The position numbers were made by a program, and so were the translations under genes. 32,000 nt of DNA, taken from assembly GCF_000284115.1 (NCBI RefSeq), contig NC_017080.1, positions 3,480,001 to 3,512,000 on the forward strand. The letters run 5' to 3'. Shown in pieces: positions 17,555-25,083 of this stretch (the first letter of the stretch is position 1; each line of letters begins with the position of its first letter). This stretch comes from Phycisphaera mikurensis NBRC 102666. GTDB lineage: Bacteria > Planctomycetota > Phycisphaerae > Phycisphaerales > Phycisphaeraceae. Below the pieces are notes generated by a model, which did no database searches, was not told the origin of the DNA, and saw only the letters and a program-made list of their open reading frames with translations.

Positions 17555-19051
17555 TCACCAGCCGCCGCCGAGGGCGGCGTAGAGGTCGATGAGGCGGAGG
17601 AGCGTCTCGCGCTCGGCGTTGACCTTCAGGCGCTGGATGCCCAGGCGGGTGGTCACGGCTTCGGTCACCGAGAGGAAGTCCGAGGCGCCGGCGGTGTAGC
17701 GGTCGCGGGCGAGCGTTTCGGTGTCCACCGCGGCGGCGGCGGCGGCGGCCAGGCGCCGGACCCGCTCGGCGCCGCGGAAGCGGCGGACGGCGGCGGTCTC
17801 CACCTCGCGCTGCGCTTCGACAACCGCCCGCTCGAACAGGGCGAGCGACTCGCGGCGGCGGGCGTCGGCTCGGACGACGTTGGCGCGGATGCGGCCGCCT
17901 TGGAACAGCGGGAGCGAGACCGATGGCCCCAGCTGCAGGACGCGCGCGTCCCAGTCGGTGGCGTCGCCGACCTGCGGGCCCTGCAGGCGCAGCGATCCGC
18001 TGAGCGTGACACGGGGGAAACGCTCGGCCTCCGCGGCGCCGACGCGCGCCGTGGCGGCGGCGAGGGCCGCGGCGGCCCGGCGGACCTCCGGCCGGCGGAG
18101 CAGGAGGTCCGCCGGCACGCCGGCGGCGGGGAGCGGGCCGTCCAGGACCAGCGCCGCGGCACGCGAGCCGGGCGCCGCCGCGGGACCGGCGCCGCGGGGC
18201 TCGATGACGACCGAGCCGGGGGCGAGGCCCAGCAGCGCGTCGAGTTGGAGCAGCGCCGAGGCCCGCTCCGCGTGCAGGCCGGGCAGCACCGCGAGGTCCT
18301 GCGCGAGAACGCGCTGGGCGCGGGCGGCGTCGAGCGCGTCGCTGAAGCCGGCGGCCTGCCGGGCCTCGGCGATCGAGAGCACGTCGCGGTCGGCGTCGAG
18401 CCCGCGGCGGACCGTTTCGATCTCGGCGTCCAGGGCGCGGACGGTGACGACCTGCCGGGCGACCGAGGCGGCGAGGCTGACGCGGACGGCGCGGAAGTCC
18501 TCCACGGCGAAGGCGATCTCGGCGTCGGCGGCCTCGACGAGGCGGCCCACGCGGCCCCAGAGGTCCAGCTCCCAGCCGGCGACGACGCCCAGCGCGTACA
18601 GCTCGGTCTCGACGCCGGGCGGCGCCCCGTTGAAGGACAGCGCCTCCTCGCCGGTGGCGAGGTAGCCGTAGCTGCCCTCGGCGGTGAGCTGCGGCAGGCG
18701 GTCGGCGTCGACGACGCCGCGGCGGGCCCGGGCGGCGACGATCCGCTCACGGGCGGCGGCGAGATCGAGGCTGCCGACGAGCGCCCGCCGCACCAGCCGC
18801 GTCATCACCGGGTCGTCGAAGCCCTCCCACCAGGCGGAGAGGCCGGCTTCGGCGGGCACGGGCGTCGCCGGCTCCGTGTGGCGGTACCGTTCGTTCAGCC
18901 GGTGATCGAGGTCGGCCTCGGTGGCGTCGGGCCCGACGCGGCAGCCGGCGAGGGCGATCGAAGCCGCGAACGCCGCCGCCAGCCGCGGACCGCGGCCGAT
19001 CCCGGTGCGGAGACCCGACGGTCCGCGGCGCGGGGGGAGCGGGCGCTTCAC
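17555..19051 (-). CDS. Efflux outer membrane factor lipoprotein, NodT family
   Basis: A 498-aa ORF with GTG start at 19051 overlapping the MFP stop. The lipobox is SIALAGC. The conserved OMF motifs WW.GF.DP and LLLRRPEVRRA are present, with two TolC-like repeats. Its 5' end contains palindromic element copy G. Confidence 0.9.
   Translation of the reverse strand: MKRPLPPRRGPSGLRTGIGRGPRLAAAFAASIALAGCRVGPDATEADLDHRLNERYRHTEPATPVPAEAGLSAWWEGFDDPVMTRLVRRALVGSLDLAAARERIVAARARRGVVDADRLPQLTAEGSYGYLATGEEALSFNGAPPGVETELYALGVVAGWELDLWGRVGRLVEAADAEIAFAVEDFRAVRVSLAASVARQVVTVRALDAEIETVRRGLDADRDVLSIAEARQAAGFSDALDAARAQRVLAQDLAVLPGLHAERASALLQLDALLGLAPGSVVIEPRGAGPAAAPGSRAAALVLDGPLPAAGVPADLLLRRPEVRRAAAALAAATARVGAAEAERFPRVTLSGSLRLQGPQVGDATDWDARVLQLGPSVSLPLFQGGRIRANVVRADARRRESLALFERAVVEAQREVETAAVRRFRGAERVRRLAAAAAAAVDTETLARDRYTAGASDFLSVTEAVTTRLGIQRLKVNAERETLLRLIDLYAALGGGW
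18983..19028. repeat. 46-bp palindromic element, copy G
   Basis: ccgcggacc-gcggccgatcccggtgcggagacccgac-ggtccgcgg, with an 11-bp stem. It lies at the MFP/OMF junction, inside the first 25 codons of the OMF ORF. Confidence 0.7.
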
Positions 19052-20202
19052 CGGGCGTCCTCCGCGGCGATGTAGACGTCGAACTGCTGCCCGTAGCCGG
19101 CCGCGTCGAAGCCCTCGGGCAGCCGGTACACGGCCTCCAGCACGCGGGTGTCGATCAACTCGCTGGTGCGGCCCGAGAGGTTGCGCTTCGGGACCAGCAG
19201 CGGCTCGACGTACGCGGGCTCGAGCTCGATGCGGTCGCCGGCCGCGCCGCGGGGGCTCGCCCAGGCGCGGGCGCCCTCGCGGAAGCGGGGGACGTCCACC
19301 TCGTCGATCTCGACGCGCACGTGGCCCGGGCCGGGACGGCCGAGCACAACCAGGCCCTGGTTCGGGACCGCCGCCGGCGCGAACTCGCCGGGCCGCAGGT
19401 TCACCTGGAGCACCTCGGCTTGGACCGGGGCCCGCACCGTCAGCAGGCCCAGCTCGGTCTCGGCCGCGGCGAGGCGGGCGCGGGCTTGCCCCGCCTGCGC
19501 AGCGGCGGCCCGCAGCTCCGGCCCGTCGCCGCCGCCGGGCGCCTCCAACAGCGACAGATCCGCCCGGGCCGAAGCCTCCTCGGCCGCGGCGGTCGCCACC
19601 CGCGCCTCCGCCGACTCCGCGGCGAAACGCCGCGCGTCGACCTCCTGCGCCGCGATGGCGCGCTTGTCGCTGACCGACTCCGCCACCTCCCGCCGGTTCT
19701 GCGCGTCGTCGCGGTCGGCCTCGGCGGCCCGCCGCTGCGCCGCGGCCGCCCCGACGGCGGCCCGCCGCACCGGCACGCGGCCCCGGAGCGCGGCGGCCTG
19801 GGCCTCGGCCACCCCGACCTCCGCCTCGGCGAGCGCCACCTCGCGCTCGGCGGGGCCCGACTCCACGCGGAACAGCGGGTCGCCGGCCGCGACGCGGTCG
19901 CCGACCATGACCTCCACCGCCGTCACCACGCCCGCCCGCTGGGCCGCGATGTCGATGGCTTCGCCGGCCGGCTCGCTCACGCCGATCGCGCCGATGAAGC
20001 GGGCGGGCTCGCCGCCTTCCCCCGGCGTCGCGGCCGCCGCGCCGCCGGCCGCCGCCGCGTCGGGCGCCGCCACGGGCGCTCGCGGCGGCGGCTCGGCCGT
20101 TGCCACGGGGCGGTTGGTCGCCACCAGCGCGACGCCGGCGGCCAGCGCCACCGCGCCCACCGAAGGCAGCCCGTACGTCAGGATTCGGGATCTTCCGGCC
20201 AT
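19048..20202 (-). CDS. HlyD/DevB-family membrane fusion protein (periplasmic adaptor)
   Basis: ORF 19048..20310. ATG at 20202 gives MAGRSRILTYGLPSVGAVALAAGVALVA (TM anchor). A lipoyl-like motif (VMVGDRVAAGDPLFRVE), a long Ala/Glu/Arg coiled coil, and a beta-barrel tail (LTVRAPVQAEVLQVNLRPGE) follow. Confidence 0.88.
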   Translation of the reverse strand: MAGRSRILTYGLPSVGAVALAAGVALVATNRPVATAEPPPRAPVAAPDAAAAGGAAAATPGEGGEPARFIGAIGVSEPAGEAIDIAAQRAGVVTAVEVMVGDRVAAGDPLFRVESGPAEREVALAEAEVGVAEAQAAALRGRVPVRRAAVGAAAAQRRAAEADRDDAQNRREVAESVSDKRAIAAQEVDARRFAAESAEARVATAAAEEASARADLSLLEAPGGGDGPELRAAAAQAGQARARLAAAETELGLLTVRAPVQAEVLQVNLRPGEFAPAAVPNQGLVVLGRPGPGHVRVEIDEVDVPRFREGARAWASPRGAAGDRIELEPAYVEPLLVPKRNLSGRTSELIDTRVLEAVYRLPEGFDAAGYGQQFDVYIAAEDAR

Positions 20203-20209
20203 GTTCTTC

Positions 20210-21046
20210 TCAGCGGTTCTGGTCGTTGCCCGCGCAAGATCCGCGGACCGCGTCGGTTTCGGGGGCTTCTTCGCGGCGGTCCGCGGGCCGGCCTCCGTTG
20301 CGCTCCTCACGCCGCCGGCCCGCCTGCTCGCGCCGGTCCTCCACCTCCTCGATCTCGCCGTCGGCCATGTGGTGGATGACGTCGGCGTGGTCGAAGATGC
20401 GGTCGTCGTGCGTGACGATGATCACGGAGCGGTCGCCCTCCACCGCGAGATCCGAGAGCAGCGCCATAACGTTCGAGCCCGACGCCGCGTCGAGCGAGGC
20501 CGTCGGCTCGTCGCAGATCAGGACGCTGGGTTCGTGGACCAACGCCCGCGCGATCGCCACCCGCTGCTGCTGCCCGCCGGAGAGCTGGGCGGGCATCTTG
20601 TCGGCGTGGTCCCCGAGGCCGAGCTCGGCCAGCAGCTGCCGCGCGTGCTCCTCCGCGTCGCCCGTGGACTCGCCGCGGGCCACCCGCGGGATGGCCGCGT
20701 TCTCGGCGGCGGTCAGCGCCGGCAGCAGGTTGAACTGCTGGAAGACGAAGCCGAAGTGCCGCAGCCGGAAGTCGGCGAGCTTCGGCCGCGAGAGCACCCG
20801 GAGGTCGGTGCCCAGGACCGAGACCTCGCCGTCGTCGGCGGAGAGGATCGCGCCGATCACCGAGATCAGCGTCGTCTTGCCGCAGCCCGAGGGCCCCACC
20901 AGGTACGTCATCTCCCCGGCGTGCGCGTCGAAGCTCGCGCCGCGGAGCACGCGGACCTTCGCGTTGCCCTCGCCGAAGCTCTTCTCGACGCCGGAGCAGG
21001 CGACCAGCACCGCGTCGGGCCGGGGCTCGGGGGCGGTGTCAACCAA
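20210..21046 (-). CDS. ABC transporter ATP-binding protein (MacB/LolD/DevA-like)
   Basis: ORF 20210..21103. TTG at 21046 is preceded by GGAGGTG 6 nt upstream. Walker A is GPSGCGKTT, the signature is LSGGQQQRVAIARAL, and Walker B is VLICDEPT. A ~45-aa charged C-terminal tail is read through palindromic element copy E. Confidence 0.92.
   Translation of the reverse strand: MVDTAPEPRPDAVLVACSGVEKSFGEGNAKVRVLRGASFDAHAGEMTYLVGPSGCGKTTLISVIGAILSADDGEVSVLGTDLRVLSRPKLADFRLRHFGFVFQQFNLLPALTAAENAAIPRVARGESTGDAEEHARQLLAELGLGDHADKMPAQLSGGQQQRVAIARALVHEPSVLICDEPTASLDAASGSNVMALLSDLAVEGDRSVIIVTHDDRIFDHADVIHHMADGEIEEVEDRREQAGRRREERNGGRPADRREEAPETDAVRGSCAGNDQNR
20241..20286. repeat. 46-bp palindromic element, copy E
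   Basis: ccgcggacc-gcgtcggtttcgggggcttcttcgcggc-ggtccgcgg, with an 11-bp stem. It lies between the ATPase core and the MFP start and is read through as the ATPase tail. Confidence 0.7.
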
Positions 21047-21048
21047 TC

Positions 21049-21086
21049 GGCACCTCCGGGAGCCGACGCCGGAGCGCGGAGGTGCC
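21049..21086 (-). promoter_or_regulatory. Shine-Dalgarno-sequestering hairpin between the permease and ATPase genes
   Basis: On the mRNA strand the sequence is GGCACCTCCG-N18-CGGAGGTGCC, a 10 perfect bp stem. The 3' arm contains the GGAGGTG SD of the ATPase TTG start (21046), which lies 2 nt after the stem. Confidence 0.45.
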
Positions 21087-21127
21087 CGAGACCGCGGGCC
21101 CACGGCGCGTTGGGGGAGGCGGAGCGA

Positions 21128-22333
21128 TCATCCGCGGAAGACGGTGGCGGGATCGACGGTGAGCACGCGCCGCATCGAGACGACGGTGGAGACGACGACG
21201 ATGAGGGCCGCGAGCACGGCGACGCCCGCGGCGACCGAGGGCAGGAGGTAGAAGCCGCGGAGGGCGTCGCTGTTGGCGGCGCCGAAGCTGAAGAAGCAGG
21301 CCGCGGCGAGCAGGCCCAGGGCGTAGCCGATCGTGCCGACGAAAGCCGCCTGGAACAGCGTCATCGCGAGCAGCTTCGCGTTGCGGACGCCGATCGCTTT
21401 CAGCGCCGCGTACTGCTTCAGGTTCTCGGTGACGAACTGGTTGAAGGTGAGCCCGACGATCGCGATCCCGATGACGACGCCGAGGATCACGACGGTGCCG
21501 AAGCTCACCGGGATGCCCGTGTTCGCGAGGATGTACGCGATCGACATCCACTTGAAGTCGGAGCGCGGCTCCGCCTTGAGGTCGGTGTCGGCGGTGATGC
21601 GGGCGGCGACGGCCGCGGCGTCCGCGCCTCCGGCGTCCGGCTCCTCCGCACCGGTCGCCCGCGCGAAGCCTTGCTTCGCCTTCACCAGCACGAACGACAG
21701 GCTGTTCCGCCCGTTGTTCGTGTACGCCGTCGCCAGCGAGTACCGCGTGTAGATCGCGAGGTTCGCGGCGAAGGCGGGCGCGGCGTCGACGATCGCGACG
21801 ATCTTCGCCCGCCTGTCGTTGAGCTCCAGGGTGCGCCCGGTGTCCAGCTCCTCGCCGGGGAAGAGCAGGCGGAAGCCGGCGGGGTTCACGGCGATCGCCT
21901 CGGGCAGCATCAGGTCCTCGACGCGGCCGAGCACGAAGGTGTCGGGCACGCCCACCAGCGAGGCGTCGTCGGCACCGAAGATCAGCGCGTTCTCCAGGGT
22001 GCCCGACCGGGTGCGGACCTGCGCGACGGCTTTGAAGAAGGGCACGGCCCAGGCCACGCCCTCCACGCCGCGGACGCGCTGCAGCGCCGTGTTGCGCAGC
22101 GGGTACGGCACGTCGACGGTCTTCACGGCCGGGTCCATCACCCAGACGTCGGCCTCGGTCACGTCGTCGATGGCGCTGCTGGCCCGGCCGAGCAGACCGA
22201 CGAAGATCGACACCTGCTGGCAGATGAGCAGCGTCGAGAGCGCCACGCCGAACACCAGGCCCAGGCACTTCACCCGGTCGCCGAGCAGCATCCGCAGCGC
22301 GGTGCGGTAGAGGCCGAAACCGCGCACGCCCAT
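21128..22333 (-). CDS. ABC transporter permease, FtsX/DevC-like (MacB-type fold)
   Basis: This is the tail of ORF 21128..23014. ATG at 22333 overlaps the TetR stop (ATGA). It has an N-terminal TM, a ~230-aa periplasmic domain and three C-terminal TM helices (FtsX domain). Confidence 0.9.
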   Translation of the reverse strand: MGVRGFGLYRTALRMLLGDRVKCLGLVFGVALSTLLICQQVSIFVGLLGRASSAIDDVTEADVWVMDPAVKTVDVPYPLRNTALQRVRGVEGVAWAVPFFKAVAQVRTRSGTLENALIFGADDASLVGVPDTFVLGRVEDLMLPEAIAVNPAGFRLLFPGEELDTGRTLELNDRRAKIVAIVDAAPAFAANLAIYTRYSLATAYTNNGRNSLSFVLVKAKQGFARATGAEEPDAGGADAAAVAARITADTDLKAEPRSDFKWMSIAYILANTGIPVSFGTVVILGVVIGIAIVGLTFNQFVTENLKQYAALKAIGVRNAKLLAMTLFQAAFVGTIGYALGLLAAACFFSFGAANSDALRGFYLLPSVAAGVAVLAALIVVVSTVVSMRRVLTVDPATVFRG

Positions 22334-23004
22334 CAGGCGGGATCTCCGGGGGCGGCGGGGTCTTGCGCGTACCCGAGCAACCCGTGGAGCGCGAAGCGCG
22401 ACAGGCGGGCGGCCATGCGGTTCACAGCCGCGCGCTCCGTCGGCGGCGGGTGGCCCAGGTGCGTGAGGATCAGCCGGGCGTGCGAAGGGTTGACGCACAG
22501 CGCGACCACGCCGTTGACGAGGTCGTCGAGCGTGGCGGCCCCGATGCGGCGGCCGATGACGGCGGCGATGATGCGCTTCAGCTCGTCGCGGATCGGCCGG
22601 GCCCCGTGCTCGGCGAAGGTCTTCAGGCCCGTGGGCGTCGGGGCGCCGGTCTCCTGCGCCATCAGCGCCCCGGCGCAGGGGTGGCCGTCCTGCTGGAGCA
22701 GCACCAGCCGGAGGAACCACGCGACGAAGGCCTCGAAGACCTCGGCGGGCTCGCCGGCGTCCTCGGCGTCGAGCCGGGGCATCGGCTCCGCTTCCCGCAT
22801 CTCCACCGCCGCCCGCTCCCACACCGCGTCGTACAGGCCCGCCTTGCCTTGGAAGTGGTAGTTCACCGCCGCGAGGTTCACGCCCGCCGCCGCGCAGATC
22901 TCCCGCACGCTGGCTCGGGCGAACCCGTCCCGCGCGAACAGCGGGCCGGCCGCCTCGACGAGGCGGCGGGCGGTGGTTGCGTCGTCGGGAGGGGTGGCGG
23001 GCAC
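22333..23004 (-). CDS. TetR/AcrR-family transcriptional regulator
   Basis: A 223-aa ORF with a GTG start. The HTH region reads [44 protein letters not shown]. It is the first gene of the efflux operon. Confidence 0.88.
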   Translation of the reverse strand: MPATPPDDATTARRLVEAAGPLFARDGFARASVREICAAAGVNLAAVNYHFQGKAGLYDAVWERAAVEMREAEPMPRLDAEDAGEPAEVFEAFVAWFLRLVLLQQDGHPCAGALMAQETGAPTPTGLKTFAEHGARPIRDELKRIIAAVIGRRIGAATLDDLVNGVVALCVNPSHARLILTHLGHPPPTERAAVNRMAARLSRFALHGLLGYAQDPAAPGDPA

Positions 23005-23008
23005 GGGG

Positions 23009-23041
23009 ATTCAATCAACCGTTTGAAACGTCCGTTTGAAT
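23009..23041. promoter_or_regulatory. Candidate TetR operator/divergent promoter (AT-rich repeats)
   Basis: ATTCAAtcaaCCGTTTGAAacgtCCGTTTGAAT. The direct repeat ccgtttgaa occurs at 23019-23027 and 23032-23040. The palindrome cgtttgaaacg is at 23020-23030. The outer inverted pair is attcaa/ttgaat. This is the only AT-rich patch in the 83-bp gap between the tetR start and the antiporter start. Confidence 0.4.
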
Positions 23042-23087
23042 GTAGCCGCCCCGGCGGCGGCGTCAAGCCCGCGGTACGCTTCGGCGG

Positions 23088-24593
23088 GTGCCCACCCTCC
23101 CCGCCCTGGCCCTCGCCGAGCCGCTGCCGACCGCCCTGCTGCTGGCGGTGGTGGGCGTGCTGCTGGTGACGGCGACGCTGTTCTCGCGGGCGGTCGACCG
23201 GCTGGGCGTGCCGGTCGTGCTGCTGTTCCTGGTGCTCGGCGTGCTCGCGGGCAGCGAGACCGTGGGCTTCCTGGCCTTCGACGACCACCTGCTGGCGATG
23301 CGGCTGGGCACGCTGGCGCTCATCTTGATCCTGTTCGACGGCGGGCTGAACACCCGCTTCGGCGAGGTCCGGTCCGCGGCACCGCCGGCCCTGGTGCTCG
23401 CGACGGTGGGCGTGCTGCTGACCGCCGGGCTGGTGGCCGTCGCGGCCCGGCTCCTGGGGCTGGAGTGGCCGCAGGCGCTGCTGCTGGGCGCGGTCGTCAG
23501 CTCCACCGACGCGGCGGCGGTGTTCTCGATTCTCCGCGGCGGCGGCATCCGGCTGCCGCCCAAGCTCGGCGGCACGCTGGAGCTGGAGAGCTGCCTGAAC
23601 GACCCGGTCGCGGTGCTGCTGACCACGGCGCTGGTCGCGACGCTGGGCATGACCGGCGGCGACAGCGACTTCTCGCCGTGGTCGCTGCTGGTCTCGATCC
23701 CGCTGCAGCTGGGCATCGGCAGCGTCGTGGGGCTGGCGATCGGCTGGGGCGGGCGGTGGCTGCTGCTGCGGGCGACGCTGACCACGGTCGGCCTCTACCC
23801 GACGATCACGCTGGCCTTCGCGCTGGTCGCCTTCGGCGCCGCGACGCTGCTCGGCGGCAGCGGCTTCCTCGCGGTCTTCCTCGCGGCCCTGGTGCTGGGC
23901 AACGGCCCGCTGCCCTACCGCAACGGGCTCGTGCGCGTCCACGACGCGGTGGCGTGGCTGTCGCAGATCGCGATGTTCCTCATGCTTGGGCTGCTGGTGA
24001 AGCCCTCGACGCTCTGGGGGGTGGCGCTGCCGGGGCTGGCCCTGGGGCTGTTCCTCGCGTTCGTGGCCCGCCCGCTGGCGGTTGCCGCTTGCCTGGCTCC
24101 GTTTCGCTTCTCCCGCGTGTGGACCGTCTACGCGGGGTGGACCGGGCTCCGCGGGGCCGTGCCGATCGTGCTGGCGACCTTCCCCAAGATCGCGGGCGTT
24201 CCCGGAGCCGACGGGCTGTTCTCGCTGGTCTTCTTCATGGTGCTCACCAGCTCGCTGGTGCCCGGCGCCACCATCCGCTGGGCGACGCGGAAGCTCGGGT
24301 TGATGGCGGCGCAGAAGCCGACGCCCGCCGCCGTGCTGGAGGTGAACGCGGCCTTCGAGCTCGAGGGCGAGCTGGTCAGCTTCCACATCCACGACGAGGT
24401 CGCGGTCTGCGGGGCGAAGCTCAAGGACCTGAGCCTGCCCAACGACGCCGCGGTCACGCTGATCGTCCGCGGCCGCCAGCTGATCCCGGCGAAGGGCCCG
24501 GTGACGCTGCGGCACGGCGATCACGCGTACGTGATCTTCCAGGAGCAGGACCGCGGGCTGATCGAGCTGCTCTTTGGCGCACCCGAGGGCTAA
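23088..24593 (+). CDS. Potassium/proton antiporter, CPA1 family (NhaP2/CvrA-like) with C-terminal TrkA_C domain
   Basis: A 501-aa ORF with a GTG start. It has about 12 TM helices (LILFDGGL, SSTDAAAVFSIL, ESCLNDP). The C-terminal soluble domain reads FHIHDEVAVCGAKLKDLSLPNDAAVTLIVRGRQLIPAKGPVTLRHGDHAYV. Confidence 0.9.
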   Translation: MPTLPALALAEPLPTALLLAVVGVLLVTATLFSRAVDRLGVPVVLLFLVLGVLAGSETVGFLAFDDHLLAMRLGTLALILILFDGGLNTRFGEVRSAAPPALVLATVGVLLTAGLVAVAARLLGLEWPQALLLGAVVSSTDAAAVFSILRGGGIRLPPKLGGTLELESCLNDPVAVLLTTALVATLGMTGGDSDFSPWSLLVSIPLQLGIGSVVGLAIGWGGRWLLLRATLTTVGLYPTITLAFALVAFGAATLLGGSGFLAVFLAALVLGNGPLPYRNGLVRVHDAVAWLSQIAMFLMLGLLVKPSTLWGVALPGLALGLFLAFVARPLAVAACLAPFRFSRVWTVYAGWTGLRGAVPIVLATFPKIAGVPGADGLFSLVFFMVLTSSLVPGATIRWATRKLGLMAAQKPTPAAVLEVNAAFELEGELVSFHIHDEVAVCGAKLKDLSLPNDAAVTLIVRGRQLIPAKGPVTLRHGDHAYVIFQEQDRGLIELLFGAPEG

Positions 24594-24626
24594 GACCCGC
24601 TGCGAGCGGGCTGCGCCGAGTCGCCT

Positions 24627-24884
24627 TCAAACCGAGGCGTCGCCCTCGGCCGACGGCGGGGTGGCCTGGTTGGCGGCGGCGGCCTGGGCACGGGCGATGT
24701 TCTGCTTGACCAGCTCGTCGGCCCAGATGTGGTGCGCGACGCTCATCATCGCGGGGTGGCTGCCGCCGGCCTCGTTGTACGCGCGGCGGATCTCCTTGAG
24801 CTTGTCGGCGTGCTCGCCGTCGGGCGGCTGGGCTTCGGCGATGAACTGCTGGCGGACGAGATTGATGGCTTCTTGGAGCTGCAT
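24627..24884 (-). CDS. Small hypothetical protein (85 aa)
   Basis: This is the tail of ORF 24627..25619. ATG at 24884 gives MQLQEAINLVRQQFIAEAQPPDGEHADKLKEIRRAYNEAGGSHPAMMSVAHHIWADELVKQNIARAQ. Third codon positions are almost all G/C. No family was recognised. Confidence 0.55.
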   Translation of the reverse strand: MQLQEAINLVRQQFIAEAQPPDGEHADKLKEIRRAYNEAGGSHPAMMSVAHHIWADELVKQNIARAQAAAANQATPPSAEGDASV

Positions 24885-25037
24885 GATGGCTTTCTCGGGG
24901 GGTGCAAGGGGAGCGTCGGCACACGCGGGCGCGGCGGCGCCGGGCGGCGAGGGTACCGGCCCCGGCGGACCCGGCCGCGCCTCCGCAGCGACTGGGCGCT
25001 CGGGCGCCCGGGCGCGGCCGGGCTCTACCTTGCGTGC

Positions 25038-25083
25038 CCGCGGACCGCGGGCGTTTTGACGGCTCCTCCCCCACGATCCGCGG
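25038..25083. repeat. 46-bp palindromic element, copy F (variant right arm)
   Basis: ccgcggacc-gcgggcgttttgacggctcctcccccac-gatccgcgg, with a 28-nt spacer. Its left end forms the local palindrome cccgcggaccgcggg. It lies in the divergent region between the small hypothetical gene and cca. Confidence 0.55.

Noticed and set aside
18077-18115. A 13-bp perfect inverted repeat CCGGCGGACCTCC-N13-GGAGGTCCGCCGG inside the OMF gene.
   Set aside because: Its sequence and loop length differ from the 46-bp family. It lies over the conserved OMF motif PADLLLRRPEVRRA, so it is most simply a by-product of codon usage. It might still form an mRNA hairpin.
19148-22861. A 1237-aa plus-strand ORF. Similar giant ORFs occur at 4608..6539 (+), 12704..14689 (-), 14786..16273 (-) and 22878..24524 (-).
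   Set aside because: They are Arg/Ala/Pro/Gly-rich with no motifs, and each is antisense to a well-supported gene (efflux operon, fba, coxA, coxC, antiporter). These are typical stop-codon-poor artefacts of very high GC.
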